From Malacoraja senta (Eukaryota), in contig CM075988.1 of the NCBI GenBank assembly GCA_038087875.1, positions 27,592,001 through 27,656,000 of the forward strand: a stretch of 64,000 bases of DNA, in the 5' to 3' direction. Below the pieces are notes generated by a model that was given only the letters and a program-made list of their open reading frames with translations, had not been told where the DNA came from and ran no database searches. Position 1 is the first letter of the stretch, and each line of letters opens with the position of its first letter. A program made the translations under genes and the position numbers. Shown in pieces: positions 35,103 to 48,500 of this stretch.

Positions 35103-38100
35103 TGCTGTTGTTTGAAATTTATGATGTAAGTAACATTTTGTATCTGCTTCTTGTATCTATATATAATACTTCCATTGGTCCAGTTAGTGATGATGAACCC
35201 CAGTTGAAATGTTTGATTACTACTGTATAATCATTTATTATTTTCTCATAAAGCAGAGCAAGTACCACAACTATTAACACAGAGCATCCTCAAATATTAT
35301 GTTATAGTAGAGTGAAAATAGATAATTTAGATTTTGATGAGCTGGTGAAACATTTGAAGGATGATTCTTCCAGTGTGAAATTCTACTCTGTTAATGGACT
35401 GCCTTATTTTTGCATTCTTATGAGATTATGCCATTAGTATTAATGGTAGCATTTTTGTCTGCACACTTAAACATGTGCCAATATTTGGATGAACTGTAGG
35501 CTGTCTTTGTATTTATTGTTGTCAGACTTTAATATATTTGTTGGTTTCTTGGTCCGTGCCTGAGAGGTTCAACTCGATCTTCAACAAAATATACTTAAAG
35601 AACTGAGAATCCTGTTTTATTTTGGCCTGGGGTGAAATTGATTGGGGCTGGCGATATTTGCTGCACTTGTATTTGCATGACAAACAGCATATTGCCAATA
35701 CTGTTAATACTGCAATAAATTCAGTCCTGAAACTGAAATTGTAAAAAAAAATTGAGGAAATGGTATGCACACAGCAAGTATAATTTAAAGAAAAGTTAAG
35801 GAATATGTTGTACAGTGTAGTAAGTTGCTCTGGATAATTTTGCATTGGTTTAATTTCTATATTGCACTACCATTTATATTAAAAAGAGTATTTGAAAAAT
35901 CTATGTGACCATGAAATATTAAAGTACAAACATTTAGATTTGACTTTACAGTTGGGATAAATTTGGTTAATTTGATTTGTGATCAGAGTAATGTAATGAG
36001 AAATTAACTTGTGGCAGAAAAGCAACATAATTTTACATAGTTTGATGAATATACAAAAATGCTAGTTTATAACGAACTTTATGGATTGGTATTTTCTCAG
36101 GTCGTTATTTATTGATAACGTTACTGTGAGTTGTTATATTTGAAATATGAGTAGTAATTTAAACGTGTCTAATGAATATTCTTCAGTAATGTCCTATTTT
36201 TTTAAATACAGGTCTAAATCATTAAATTTCTTTGCAAGGATTATTTGAACTAAATTAAAAAAAAAAATTAAAAAAAATTCGGATTAAGGCAAAAATAACC
36301 ATTGCTCGACACTCTTTTTAAGAAATTTTTCTATGCGATTTTAAGAATGTATGGATCGCTTATTTATTAACCTTTGTCTAACGGTCAGCCTGGAATGCCT
36401 ACTTTCTCTTACATATTGCATAAATATTTTTCTCTGAATCTTCATATTTTCAACAGTTCTGTTTTCAATTTTTTTTCATGTTAAGAAAATTGAGGGATAA
36501 GATTTAGTACGGAAAAGTGCCTTTGACGTAAAAGATCAGCCATTAGGTAATTGAAAGTTGAGGGGCGGAATGGGACACACTTGCTTCTATTTCACATGGT
36601 CTTACTAATAGTGTCATCTCCTTCAATTGAACACTTGGTAAAATATGGCCTTATGGCCACAATCCTTTAATATATATTCAAACGACTATGCTAAAGGTGG
36701 TTGCATTCACAAAAGGTAAAATGCTATAATTTGCTGCATAGTTTCTTAATGCAAAAACCCTGATAAGCCCAGAGGCAACCCATTCAAATATTAGTCAAGA
36801 GTGTGTTATTGTGATATGTCTCAAAACAGAGCAATGGAATTCTTTCTTGCAGCATGTGTAAACATAGTACTGTGCAAACACCAGAGACAAAAGACTGCCC
36901 CCAAGTCTACGTAGTTTGGAGCTTACTTGGAGGTTGTAGAGTTTAAAAGCCTGATGGTTGTAGGGATGAAACTGCTCCAGAACCTGTACATCAGTTTTCA
37001 GGCTATTATACCTTCTTCTGGATGGCAGGAGTGAAAGTAGAATGTGGCCAGGGGTACTGAGACAGGAGTTGATTTGCATCAGAATCAACCTTTTGAGGTA
37101 CTTCATCACAATGGACCTGATTGCTGCTGTTTGGTAGTCATTGAGGCATGTCACCTTGCTCTTCTTGGGCACCAGAATTATGGAAGTCTTCTTGAAGCAT
37201 ATGGGGACCTTGAACCATAGAATTAACAAGTTGATGTCTGCGAAGGTTCAAGCCAGGAAAGCTGTAAGAACCATCAAGACCAGATTCTTTCCTTGGAATC
37301 ACCCTGAAGAAGAATCTTCTGACATTGGCTTCAGAGAATTAAATGTGTCATCAAGGAATCTAGGAGGTTGTGAAGATGCATTACTTTTTTTCAAAGCGAG
37401 CATTGAGCTCATCCGCGTGTGATGCACCATTGTCACTTGAGGTACTCGGTTTCACCTTGTGATAGTGTGCAAGCCACGCTACAGTTGCCTCCAATTTAGA
37501 CCAAAAGTGTATCTTTGCATTCATGATGACCTTCTGGAGACAAACCTGGACTTCTTGTAAGACACTGGATCTTCTGACATTGGCCTCTGAGACTGAGATC
37601 ACAATATTGTTGGGGAACTTTTTATTCTCCCTTTTCGAAGGGAACATAGAAAAAAAATCAAGATTGTACTGGAATGATGAGACATTGTCACTTGTGGTAC
37701 TCAATTTCAGATATGCTTGGTGCTCTGCTATCATATGCTTCAGTACTCATTGAACAAAGGTTGTTCCCCTGGCTTGATGTTATTATTAGAGTAAGGGATA
37801 CACTGTGCCATGAAGTTACAGATTATCAAATGGTGCATTTCTGATGGTCCACAGCAGTTCATGATGTCCAGGTTTGAGATGCCAGATCTGTTCTGATTGT
37901 TTCCTATTTTTCACATTCCTATTGCCATACAACATGATGGAGGATGCCCTTGGTATGACCTAACTTTTTGTCCGAAAACATTGCACTGAATGCATGATTG
38001 TCTAGCAAATAAGAAATGTACTTCCCATTGTAGTTTTTAACCCAGACAGTGAAGTAGTGGATGCCTATGAACTACCATTTTTAAAGTGGTTTTCTACAAA

Positions 38101-40100
38101 ATTGAATTTTTTTTCGATTGCTGTAACCAGCTGAAAAGGAGATTGTCTTGTGCACAAGAGCTCCACTGCCCACATGATGGAGGTCCACTCACCTCATTGA
38201 AGGCACATGTGCTTATTGATGTCAACCTTGAACTTCAAACTTGATTATTCATTTTCCACCATGTGGCATTGATGACTTGTTAGCAACTGCCATTCATGGA
38301 AAGCATACGATTCTCTGAGTTAGTGCAAACCATATCACATTGGGCTGAAAGAAATGGGGTGAACCATTTTCCATATTAAAAGCCAAAAAAAATGAAGAAT
38401 TAAATGAATTTGGCTGGAATTTGTGTTATACCTGGAATGATCATGCATCTGAATGGGTTAACTCGAAACACACTTGTTATTTGGTCCCAAGCCTCATTTG
38501 TGGACCTTGTTTATAGGCCTGCCCCTTGTTAGCAGTGGAATTAAATTTCAAATAGCTCGGGTAGGTACTATAATTGAGGGGAAGTGATGATCAAGGAGGA
38601 AGCTGATTCTTTGTTCAGTTAAGTGTTTATGTTAAGAATTTTTGAATGTAGATATCAATAGTAGAGTCATAGTGTAATACATTGTCGAAACAGGCCCTTC
38701 GGCCCAACTCGCCCACACTGGCCAACAATGTCCCAGCTACCCTAGTCCCACTTGCTTGCGCTTGGTCCATAACCCTCCAAACCTGTCCTATCCATGTACT
38801 CGTCCAACTATTTCTTAAACGATGGGATAGTCCCAGCCTCAACTACCTCCTCTGGCAGCTTGTTCCATACACCTACCACCGTCTGTGTGAAAAGGTTAAC
38901 CCTCTGATTCCTATCTTTTCCCCTTCACCTTGAACCTATGTCCTCTGGTCCTCGATTCCCCTACTCTGGGTAAAAGACTCTGTGCAACTACCCGATCAAT
39001 TCCTCTCATGATTTTGTATATAAGATCTCCCTGTATCCTCCTATGCTCCATGGAATTGAGACCCAGCCTACTCAACCTCTTTTATATAGTTCACAACCTC
39101 TAGTCCTGGCAACTTCCTCGTAAATCTTTTCTGACCCTTTCAAGCTTGACAATATCTTTCCTATAACATGGTGCCCAGAACTGAACACAATATTCTTTTT
39201 TTAATTTTTATTTTTCATTAATTCTTTTATTAGAAGTATTGTACAGTACAGTGATCTCAAACAAACATAAAATTATACATTTCTTGTACCACTTCTTATT
39301 TTAAACTTTAATAAGAAAAAGGATAGAAAGAGTTAGCAAAGATAGTAAGTGAGTGATTGAAAGAGTGGTCCAGGAACACCCATAGGGACCTAAACCACAA
39401 GAAAGAGTTAAACAAAAGAGAAAAACCAAAAGAAGGAAAAATTAAAAAAAAGTAAGATAAGACAAGATAAAAGGGATGTACCTACTTCATATCTTTACAC
39501 ACCCCTCACCAGGTCCTGAAACCATTTATTATCAACATTTTGTTGCACCCTATATTTGTAATAAGTCGGTAAATGGAGACCAAATCTTTTGGAAATGGTC
39601 TGGTTTACTTGCTAAGAGGAATCTCATATCTTGTAGGTGTAACAGTTCCGACATATTAGAAATCCACATTTTTGTCGTTGGCGGGGAGCGTTTTTCCAAA
39701 ATTTCAGTATAATTTTTTTTGCCGTTATTAAGCCATAATTAAGAAAGCTCCTTTGAAACGAAGTCAGCTCCAAACTGGCTTCGATTGTTCAAAAAATGAT
39801 CAGTTCTGCATTCGGTTTCAGTTTTATTTTAAATAATTTCGTGAAAATGTCAAAGATTTCATTCCAAATTTTTGAATTTTAATACAAAAAACAAAAGAAT
39901 GTGCTATATTTGCTTCTTGGGTTAGACATTTATCACAGATAGAAGAGACATTTGGGTAAAATTTACTTATTTTAGCTTTTGAATAGTATAATCTATGTAA
40001 GATTTTGAATTGAATTAGAATGTGTCTTACGTTAATCGAGCATTTATGCACATATAACAAGTGTTTATCCCAACTCTCTTTCGAGATTTTTATAGCTAGT
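35103..40100 (+). repeat. First copy of a segment repeated at 59003-64000
   Basis: Colinear at a constant offset of 23,900 bp; the ORF track is duplicated. Confidence 0.95.
36790..37960 (-). mobile_element. Decayed Rex1/Babar LINE fragments
   Basis: FKKTSIILVPKKSKVTCLNDY, ADELNARFE and LLPSRRRY. Confidence 0.65.
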
Positions 40101-43100
40101 TCTTGTTCCCAATCTCTTCTAATCCTATCAGATGATGGTATTTCTATATTTAGGATGGTATTATACAGGTATGATATTATATTAGTTGATTCCGCTTTTA
40201 TATTCATTGTCTCGTCTAATGGGTCTGGAGACATATTTTTTGATATTCTTGTGTATATTTTTTCAAATAGTCACGTATTTGAAAATATTTAAAATATTGA
40301 TTACTACTCAAGTTGTATTTAAGTTGTAGTTGGTGAAATGTTAAAAAACCTCCATTATCATACATATCTCCAAACGTTTTAATTCCTAATCTATCCCAGT
40401 GTGTAAACGATTTATCTATCGTAGAAGGTTTAAACGAAGGATTATTCATTATAGGTGAAAGAAGCGATAGATTTCTTAATTTTAAAGTTAATTTTATTTA
40501 TTTCCAAATTCTAATTGTACTATGGATAATTGGATTTTTACTATATATTGTATTCTTCAATTTTGTTGGTGAGAGAAGGATCGCTCCTATATTAAAAGGG
40601 GAACAATCTTCTCTCTCCATTACTATCCAATCCACCTGCTGGGCCGAGTTGTCCAGCAGGTGAATCATATTTTTGACATTTGCGGCCCAGTAATAATACA
40701 AACAAATTAGGGAGTGATAATCCGCCAAATTCTTTAGGTTTGCACAAATGTCTTCTTTGAATTCTATGGGATTTATAGTCCCATATAAAATTTGTAATAT
40801 CAGCATCCAGTTTAAAACTTGACTGGAATAGATATAGAATTTGTGTTAAAAAAAAATCATTTTTATAGCATTTATTCGGCCTATTAGAGACATCGGGAGA
40901 GTTTTCCAAAATTTAATCAGTATGTTTAGATTATTGAGTAAGGGCATATAGTTTGCATTAAATAAAGATTTATATTTTCTAGTAATTTCAAATCCCAAAT
41001 ATTTGAATTTTTCTGAAGCGATTTTAAAAGGGAATTTTAACAGGTGTGTTGGGTCTTGAGGTTTTATCGTCATAATCACTTTTATTCCAATTTATTCTAT
41101 ATCCTGAAAAGGATCCAAATTCCTCTATTAGATTTAATATATTTGGTATACTGATTTATGATTTTGTAATATATAATAGTACATCATCTGCATATAATGA
41201 TATTTTATTATTTGAGTATTTTGTATTATAACCATGGATGTTCGGATGTATTCTAATACTTTCCGCTAACGGTTCTATTACAAGAGCAAATAGAGGTGAT
41301 AATGAACATCCCTGTCTATTTCCCCTTGATAATTGAAATTTCGGGGACAACATATTATTAGTTAATATTCTGGCAGTAGGCCTGTCATATAATAATTTTA
41401 CCCAAGCGATAAAATTCTCTCCCATTTGAAATTTTTGCAATACTTTAACAAGGTAATCCCATTGCACTTGATCGAATGCTTTTTCTGCGTCCAATGAAAT
41501 AATTGATAAGTCTTGTTCTTCGGTTTTATATGAGTGCATTATATTAAACAGACGTCTCAGATTATTGCATGAGTATCTACTGGGTATAAACCCCATTTGA
41601 TCCACATTTATTAATTTACTAACATATTCACTTAATCTTCTAGCTAATGTTTTCACTAATATTTTTTGATCTGTATTTAACAGCGCAATAGCTCTATAAG
41701 AACCCGGGTCTTCTAAATCTTTATCTTTTTTAGGTATAAGTGTAATCGTTGATTCAGCTAGTGTTTCTGGAAGTGTATGTTCTTTAAAAGCATATGTATA
41801 CATTTTATGTAACCGTGGTGTAATTATCTCGTAGAATCTTTTATAAAATTCATTACTAAAACCACCTGGTCCTGGTGTTTTTCTATTCTTTAATGAATTT
41901 ATTGTTTCTTCTATTTCCTTAATTGAGATTTGTGCACCTAATTCCTCTTGTTCCATCAAATTATGTTTTGGGAGATTACAATTATCCAAGAACTCTATAA
42001 CTTTAGTACTATCTGCTAACGCTTTAGATGTATATAAATTTTGATAAAATTGAGCGAATCTTTTATTAATATCCTTAGGTAGTGTTAACAATTCCCCTTT
42101 ATCTGATTTAATCTTTAAAATCGTATGATCTTTTTCCCGTTTTTTCAGTTGTCGGGCCAAATGTTTGTGTGGTTTATCCCCAAATTCAAAATTTTCCTGT
42201 TTTGTAATTTGAAATAATCTTATAACATTTGCTGATAATATTTTATTTTATTTAAATTTCAATATTGTTATTTTATTATGTTTATCTATAGTTGGCTCTT
42301 TAGCGTTATCTAAATCCAATTGTCTAATTCGTTCTTCTAACTGCCTTTGTTCATTCTTATTCTTTTTGTTTAAAAAAGCTTGGTATGAGATTATAGATCC
42401 TCTAATAAATGCTTTGAAAGATTCCCATAGTAAGGTTGGTGAGATCTCTGGGGTATCATTAGTCTTGAAAAAAAGTTCCATCTGTTGTTTTAGATATATT
42501 TCCCCTTGTGGATCATTTAGGATTTGAGGATTAAACCTCCAAAACGATTAATTTAAAAAAAAAAAGGTAACGGGGAGTGATCAGAAATTGTACTATTGTG
42601 GTATTTTGGGTTCAGTGTATAGGGAATTAATTTTGTATCCACTAGGAAATAGTCGATACGTGAATAAGTTTCGTGTACCATTGAATAAAACGAGTATTCC
42701 CTTCCAACAGGGTTAGCGATCCCCCAGACATCTGTTATATTTGTATTTTTTATGTATATATTTAAGATTTCCCTGGTTTTAGATTTTGTATTACCCCTGT
42801 TCTGTTGTGAAGATTTATCCAAGTATGGATCTAAAACACAGTTAAAGTCTCCCCCAATTATCACATTTTGATAATTGAACTCTGAAATTATATTCAGGAT
42901 TTTATTAAAGAATTGGGGATTATCAAAATTAGGCGCATAAATATTTACCAAGGTAATTGGAGTAGCATGAATCTCTCCGGTAACTATGAGGTATCTCCCT
43001 TCCTTATCTATTATGATATTCTTTGATTTAAATGGTATACCTTTGCGAATAATAATTGCTGTGCCTCTAGATTTGGAAATATATGAAGATTGGTATGTTT

Positions 43101-43350
43101 GGCCTAACCAATTTGCCTTCAATCTAGTTGAACACAATATTCTAAATGCGATCTCACCAATGTCTAATACAACTGCAACATGACCTCCCAACTTCTATAC
43201 TCAATACTCTGACTGATGAAGGCCAAAGTGCCAAAAGCCTTTTTGACCACCTTATCTACCTGCGACTCGACCTTCATGGAACCATGCACTTGTGCTCCTA
43301 GATCCCTCTGCTCTACAACACTACCTCAGAGGCCTCCCATTTACTGTGTA
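38660..43350 (-). mobile_element. CR1 3' fragment (38660-39196 and 43129-43350) split by an L1 insertion
   Basis: CR1 3' UTR (CAGGCCCTTCGGCCC) and coding remnants; GGTGCCCAGAACTGAACACAATATTCT continues as AAATGCGATCTCACCAATG after the L1. Confidence 0.8.
39197..43128 (-). mobile_element. 5'-truncated L1-clade LINE (ORF2: APE, RT, CCHC), many frameshifts; ORF2 remnant about 39550-43128
   Basis: NIYAPN, GGDFN, YSRIDYF and SDHSP (APE); SLDAEKAFD, RQGCSLSP and LYADDVLLY (RT); CDKC...HSFVFC. A-rich tail (T-rich on plus from 39197). 15-bp TSD TGAACACAATATTCT at 39182-39196 and 43129-43143. Confidence 0.93.
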
Positions 43351-43843
43351 AGCACATGGTTTTGACTGCTTGTATTGCACATTTTCCTGAATGTGGCCAG
43401 CCAGACAGCAATAAGGTTTAGTATTTCAAATTTGTTGGTTTTTGCAAATGCACTCACTACAGCAGATTTCAACGGTGCAATAAAACAATATCTTATTTTT
43501 AGTTTTTTATGAAATTCAAGAAGCTTGTCATATTAAGATTGCATTAGAATTTGCTTTGGGGAATGGTTATTTTTGTTGCTACTCTTAGTTTGCTGATATG
43601 TCTTAAATTTTGAATTGGCGTTATAAACTGTAGAAATCTACAGAAATTGCAACACCTAATATATGTGGCTCAAATTTTTCATACGGCTCAATAGCATGGA
43701 TCTAAATAAGCTTCTGTCAAAATAGACATTAATTCTGTCTCCCGGGCACATGTAGCCCAGACATTTGCAGGATGCGTAGAGTTTATTCCCAGCACTAAAG
43801 TGGGACGCCTTGCATTTCACTGTAGTGAATTCTGTATGCATTA

Positions 43844-44146
43844 AGGGCCTGTACGTTATTCACGAATTCTCCTTATTCACGAATTCTCCCGCGTTTTCAA
43901 ACTCGCAGAATGTTCGTAACGAGGCCTTAGGAGTCCGTGGATATATCGTAGCGACTCGTTATGCCAGCCGTAGGTACTCGGGGCTATTTTTTTTACTCAA
44001 GGACATTTTTCATCATGCTGAAAAAACGTCCCGACTTACCTGATGCCCCGAGTACCTACGAGCTATTTGAGGTTTTTCAGGCGAGTGCCCTCGAGCTTGA
44101 AAGTCGAAGACAGTTGCTGAAAAGTCGCGTTAGTGGGACAGGCCCT
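43844..44146. mobile_element. PIF/Harbinger-type MITE
   Basis: TIR AGGGCCTGT...ACAGGCCCT with TTA TSD at 43841-43843 and 44147-44149; CpG-rich interior. Confidence 0.82.
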
Positions 44147-45162
44147 TTAGGAGGAGAGAATGACAATAGTATTAATGTACAAATCATGGTAAAGTGTGAC
44201 GTGGAATGCTTGCTGCATTGTATTATTCGTTTGCGGTTATTTCTTCAGCGAATCTGACTAGCCGATTAGAATTGTGCATTAATGGCTCAGAATTTGTTGG
44301 TAAATGCTGGATTTTCCAAATGGTACCTTTGGCATTTACTCTGTTTAAATGCCATTAAGTCCTGGATTTCTGTTCACGTGTCATGAAATATATAATCACC
44401 AAATTTTACATGTCGAATACAGTGCCCACCTGTGCCATGTGTGGGGAAATCTCAAAACTGACGTTAGTGTATTGGCCCTCAGAGTCTGTGCAAGATCTGT
44501 TGCCCCAGGTTTAGTGATACTTTTGTTGCAGTGGAGAAAGTTACTTTCCACGTTATTTTAATTTTTGTTTAAGTTTTCAGTTATTTGTGTGCAGAGCTCA
44601 TTTTAATATTTTAAATTTTACTTTTACGTTCTGGGTTTGAAGATGGTCAAAGCTTTTGTGGGTGTTTCAAATTTGTGTTCTTGAAAAATCTGCTGCATTA
44701 TGATGTTGGATTTCAGGATAATTTGGACCAGCAAAACAGCCCTTTCGCCATGCTCTTGAGTGGATGTGACCCATTTGTGGCTTTTATGTCTTCAAATAGG
44801 AGGATATTGGGTTTAAATCTTACTCCAGAGTTGAGCATAACACCTCAGGTTAACATTTGAATGAGGGCTGCTGCTAAGTTCCTGATTGTGCTCTGCCATT
44901 AAACATGGTGTGAAGTCCAATGCAAAGAAGCATGCTGAGATGTTCCCATCATGTAAACTAGAACAGCTACTGTGGAATCTTATTCCAGATTAGATTTCTG
45001 AACCCATTGATTTGAATAGGCATATTATGGCTAAGAGCATAAAAGGTTAGAGCAGGTTGTTGCAATTTTAATTTTAATTTTGTTATTGCCTCAATTTTTT
45101 CGATAATTTAAATGACATAACATTTTATGACTTTTCATGTTTTTGAATGTTAAGGACCTTAA

Positions 45163-45419
45163 AGGGCCTGTCCCACTTGGCGAGTTTTTTCGGCGACTGC
45201 CGGCGTCATATCAGTGTCGCCAAAAGATTTTGAACATTTCAAAATCCAGCGGCGACAAAAAAAATGTTGCGACACTTGAAAAAACACCGCGCGTCATACG
45301 TCATCATGCCGCGTCAACGTAGCGTCATGCCGCATCACACTGCGAATTTTTCGGTGACCTGATACGTCAGTCAATGATGCCGGCAGTCGGCGAAAAAATC
45401 GCCAAGTGGGACAGGCCCT
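45163..45419. mobile_element. PIF/Harbinger-type MITE with long imperfect TIRs
   Basis: AGGGCCTGTCCCACTTGGCGA...TCGCCAAGTGGGACAGGCCCT with TAA TSD at 45160-45162 and 45420-45422. Confidence 0.88.
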
Positions 45420-46314
45420 TAAGACTCTTTAAAAGGAACACTGTTTTGACAGAAGGCAAGAGGTTGGCAGCATGACTTTGCTATAGGTGCTCCCCAGGTT
45501 AGGACAGCCCGACTAATGTACATCACATACATAAGAACAAGTGTTGGGAGACTGAGAGGATGAATTTGTTGGCTGCTGGGGGTCTGCAGGCATCTTCTGC
45601 CATATGGGAACACTGCTTGCAGCAATATCCAACTGACTTGAGTTAAAAGTGCTGGTATAACTACACATTGTCCTTGGTTAGCCTATATTTTTACATATAA
45701 TGGCAGGGTGGTCAGATTTGTGACTTACAAACTGTTCCGGTTATGAACAGTTCTCGGGCAAGGAACACTGTCATAACCTGTGGAGGACCTGCACCTGTTT
45801 CTGGAGGAGATTTACTGGCAGAGTTTATTCTGTATGCCCAGGTCACTTGAAGATGATAGTTGAAGTAAGAGTGTTACACAGGGCAAAGCATTGCTTGGCT
45901 TTGAGATATCCGGCTACATGGTTGGTAAAATAGATTTGGACTTGTTATGTTTGAGGCTGCAGGGAACTTAAGTGGTATGGACAACGGATCTTTGGCAATA
46001 TCTGGTCCTCAAATTGAAGCCATTCTGTTCTCTAAGGTGGATACAATAATATTTTTGATAAATAGCAGAAGGGTGTTTTCTGTGTTATCCTGACTAATCT
46101 GAGCCAGCATCACTAAAATACCTGCCGCTTGTGAAGAGGGCAAATTGGCAACTATACCTCATTGGCTGTAAATGTGGTGAATATTGTAAAAGGTGCTATA
46201 TGAATAGAACTATGTAATACACTTTGAGAGGAACTGAATTAAAAAATGACAACATGATGGTTACGTATAAATTGCACATCTGACAACTGTTAAATAGCAT
46301 ATTTATTTTGAAGA

Positions 46315-46350
46315 AGGTCTGAAGAAGGGTTTCGGCCCGAAACGTTGCCT
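46315..46350 (+). ncRNA. Putative minimal type-I hammerhead ribozyme in a Penelope-derived repeat
   Basis: AGGT-CTGAAGA-A-GGGT(TTCG)GCCC-GAAA-CG-TT-GCCT: catalytic boxes CUGANGA and GAAA, stem II with a UUCG loop, palindromic stem III (AACGUU) and a short stem I. Confidence 0.65.
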
Positions 46351-47354
46351 ATTTCCTTCGCTCCATAGATGCTGCCTCACCCGCTGTGTTTCTCCAGCAT
46401 TTTTGTCTACCTGTTAAATAGCTAATGACTTCAGCAAGCTTCTTTAATACGCAGTGTTTAATTCTAGCATTGTCACAAATGTAATATAGGTTGATTAATA
46501 ACTGCAATATCCTGTCAGTGCCTTAACAATAGTGAATTATGGTTCATGTTGTTAAAATAATCATAGTGCTTTATTTGAATTGTTTTAATTTATATTTGCA
46601 TTATATTTATTTTGATCGCTACAGATTGGGAGAATAAGTTCTTTGATGCAGTGACCAGTTCTATTGTGATTATAATATGACACGGGAAAAGAGCTTGAGT
46701 TCAATGAAAGGAAGAAAGTTAAAATAGCAATATAAAAATAGAACATAATATATATATTTATTATATTATATATATATATATATATATAGGGAATAAAAAG
46801 AGAACTTTGAGAAAGTAGTTGGCAATTTCTCATTGTAGACTTAAGATCACAGTTACAGATAACAGCAAATATGCATAAGATTAACCTTCAGTAGACCTTT
46901 TAATCAGATTTCCTTGGCATTATGCTATTTACCATTTTTGTTACAGAAAAAATTACCTTCATATGGGAACACCAATTTTCACTTCACACCAAAGAATGAG
47001 ATAAAATGTAAATTTCCAAATAATTGCAATTTAGCTATTTTTAAATAATGAAAGTATTTTTGGAGATGGCAAACTGAATTAATAGACATAAGTTTCCTTC
47101 GTTGCTGAAGCAAAAATAGTTTATAACTGCACCCCCCTGTCCTCATTCATTTTTCTCAAAGTCAAGAATTTTCTACACACTTTTCTTTGCCCTATATTTC
47201 TGTTACTTTTGGGAACTTGCCTGAAATAAAGTGCATAAATAAAATTGTAGTCATTTTTGTAGTTGTTCGGATTAGCATCGAAGTTAGATATAAAAGTTGC
47301 AAAATAAAAAAAATATGTTGTAAATATTTATATCTTGGGACACTCTTGGGTATA

Positions 47355-47820
47355 GTAGTATAGTGGCTAAGTCCCTTGACCAATAGGCAGTGTTCTGAAC
47401 CATAGGTTCCAGAGACACATATTCAAATCCCATGATAACAACTAGTGAATTTTATTTAAACTAATAAAATAAATCTGGAATGAATGAGAATCTTGACTTG
47501 GGAATGGTAAAAGTGGAGTCACTGGATTATGTTTAAAAAAATCTGCTTGATTTGTGATATTCAGGGAAGTAAATCTACTATCCTTGCATACCTGTTAATT
47601 TATTTCATTATTGTTTAGTGTATATTTATTTTTTGTTTTAATATTCCTGCAAAACTGCAAATATGTCATTGTTCTGATCCTGGTGCATAGACAATTAGAC
47701 ATTCTTGACTCATGGTCTATTTGTGAATTCAAAACAGTCAGCATTTGACTCTTAACTGCCTTCTCAGTTCAGTGGCAATTGGTGATAAATGCTGGGATTA
47801 TTGGTGAAGTCCCCATCTAT
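47355..47820 (+). mobile_element. Old tRNA-derived SINE
   Basis: TAGTGGCTAAG...TTCAAATCCC head (degenerate box A and box B) and a body with AGGGAAGTAAATCT..TCCTT and GACTCTTAACTGCC. Confidence 0.45.
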
Positions 47821-48500
47821 TGTACATACAAATTAAAATGAAAATCAAATCTATAATGTTTTAGGTTCATTAGATTACATCTCAGGAGCAGACTCTGTAG
47901 TAACTAATTTGCATATAGCAAGTTTCCACAAATGAAAAATGAATAATTAATCAGATAATTTGTTCCTCGGCTTGCTTTACTGAAGGAAGGCCATTGGCAA
48001 GGACACTGGGAGAACTCTGTGTTCTTTTGAGTCGTAATAGACAGAAAAGATGTTGCATAGTTAGTGCTTTTCTAAACCTCAGAACATTCCAAAGTCCTTC
48101 ACAACCAACAAAATATTTTTGAAATGCAGTCATTGTAACTCTGAAATGCAGCATTCGACTTGCAGGGAACAAAATCCTACAAACAGTAATGGATTTGTTG
48201 TTTGACCAATTATTTAACCAGTCAGAAATAAATATGAAAATTCACACACAAACAACATTTATAAAATCATCATTTCAGCTCTTCCAAGAACTTTGCACAC
48301 TATGCCTGAATGGAGATAATTAGTTAACTCTCTTTTTCAGTGTGAGTTCACTATTTTATAATAGCTGGAAGCTAGTGAGTTCAAATTCCATTCTCGGACC
48401 TTGGACACAAAAATCTAGTGTTACTATGTTAGGGAAGAGCTGCACAATTAGACGAGATGCTGAAGTGAGGCGTCATTTGTTATTTCGGGTGGATGTAAAG

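Noticed and set aside
36101..36125. 25-nt micro-exon candidate (TTTTCTCAG|GTCG...TACT|GTGAGT) that would continue exon 1 as RSLFIDNVT
   Set aside because: Such signals arise by chance in AT-rich introns; it cannot be supported without RNA-seq.
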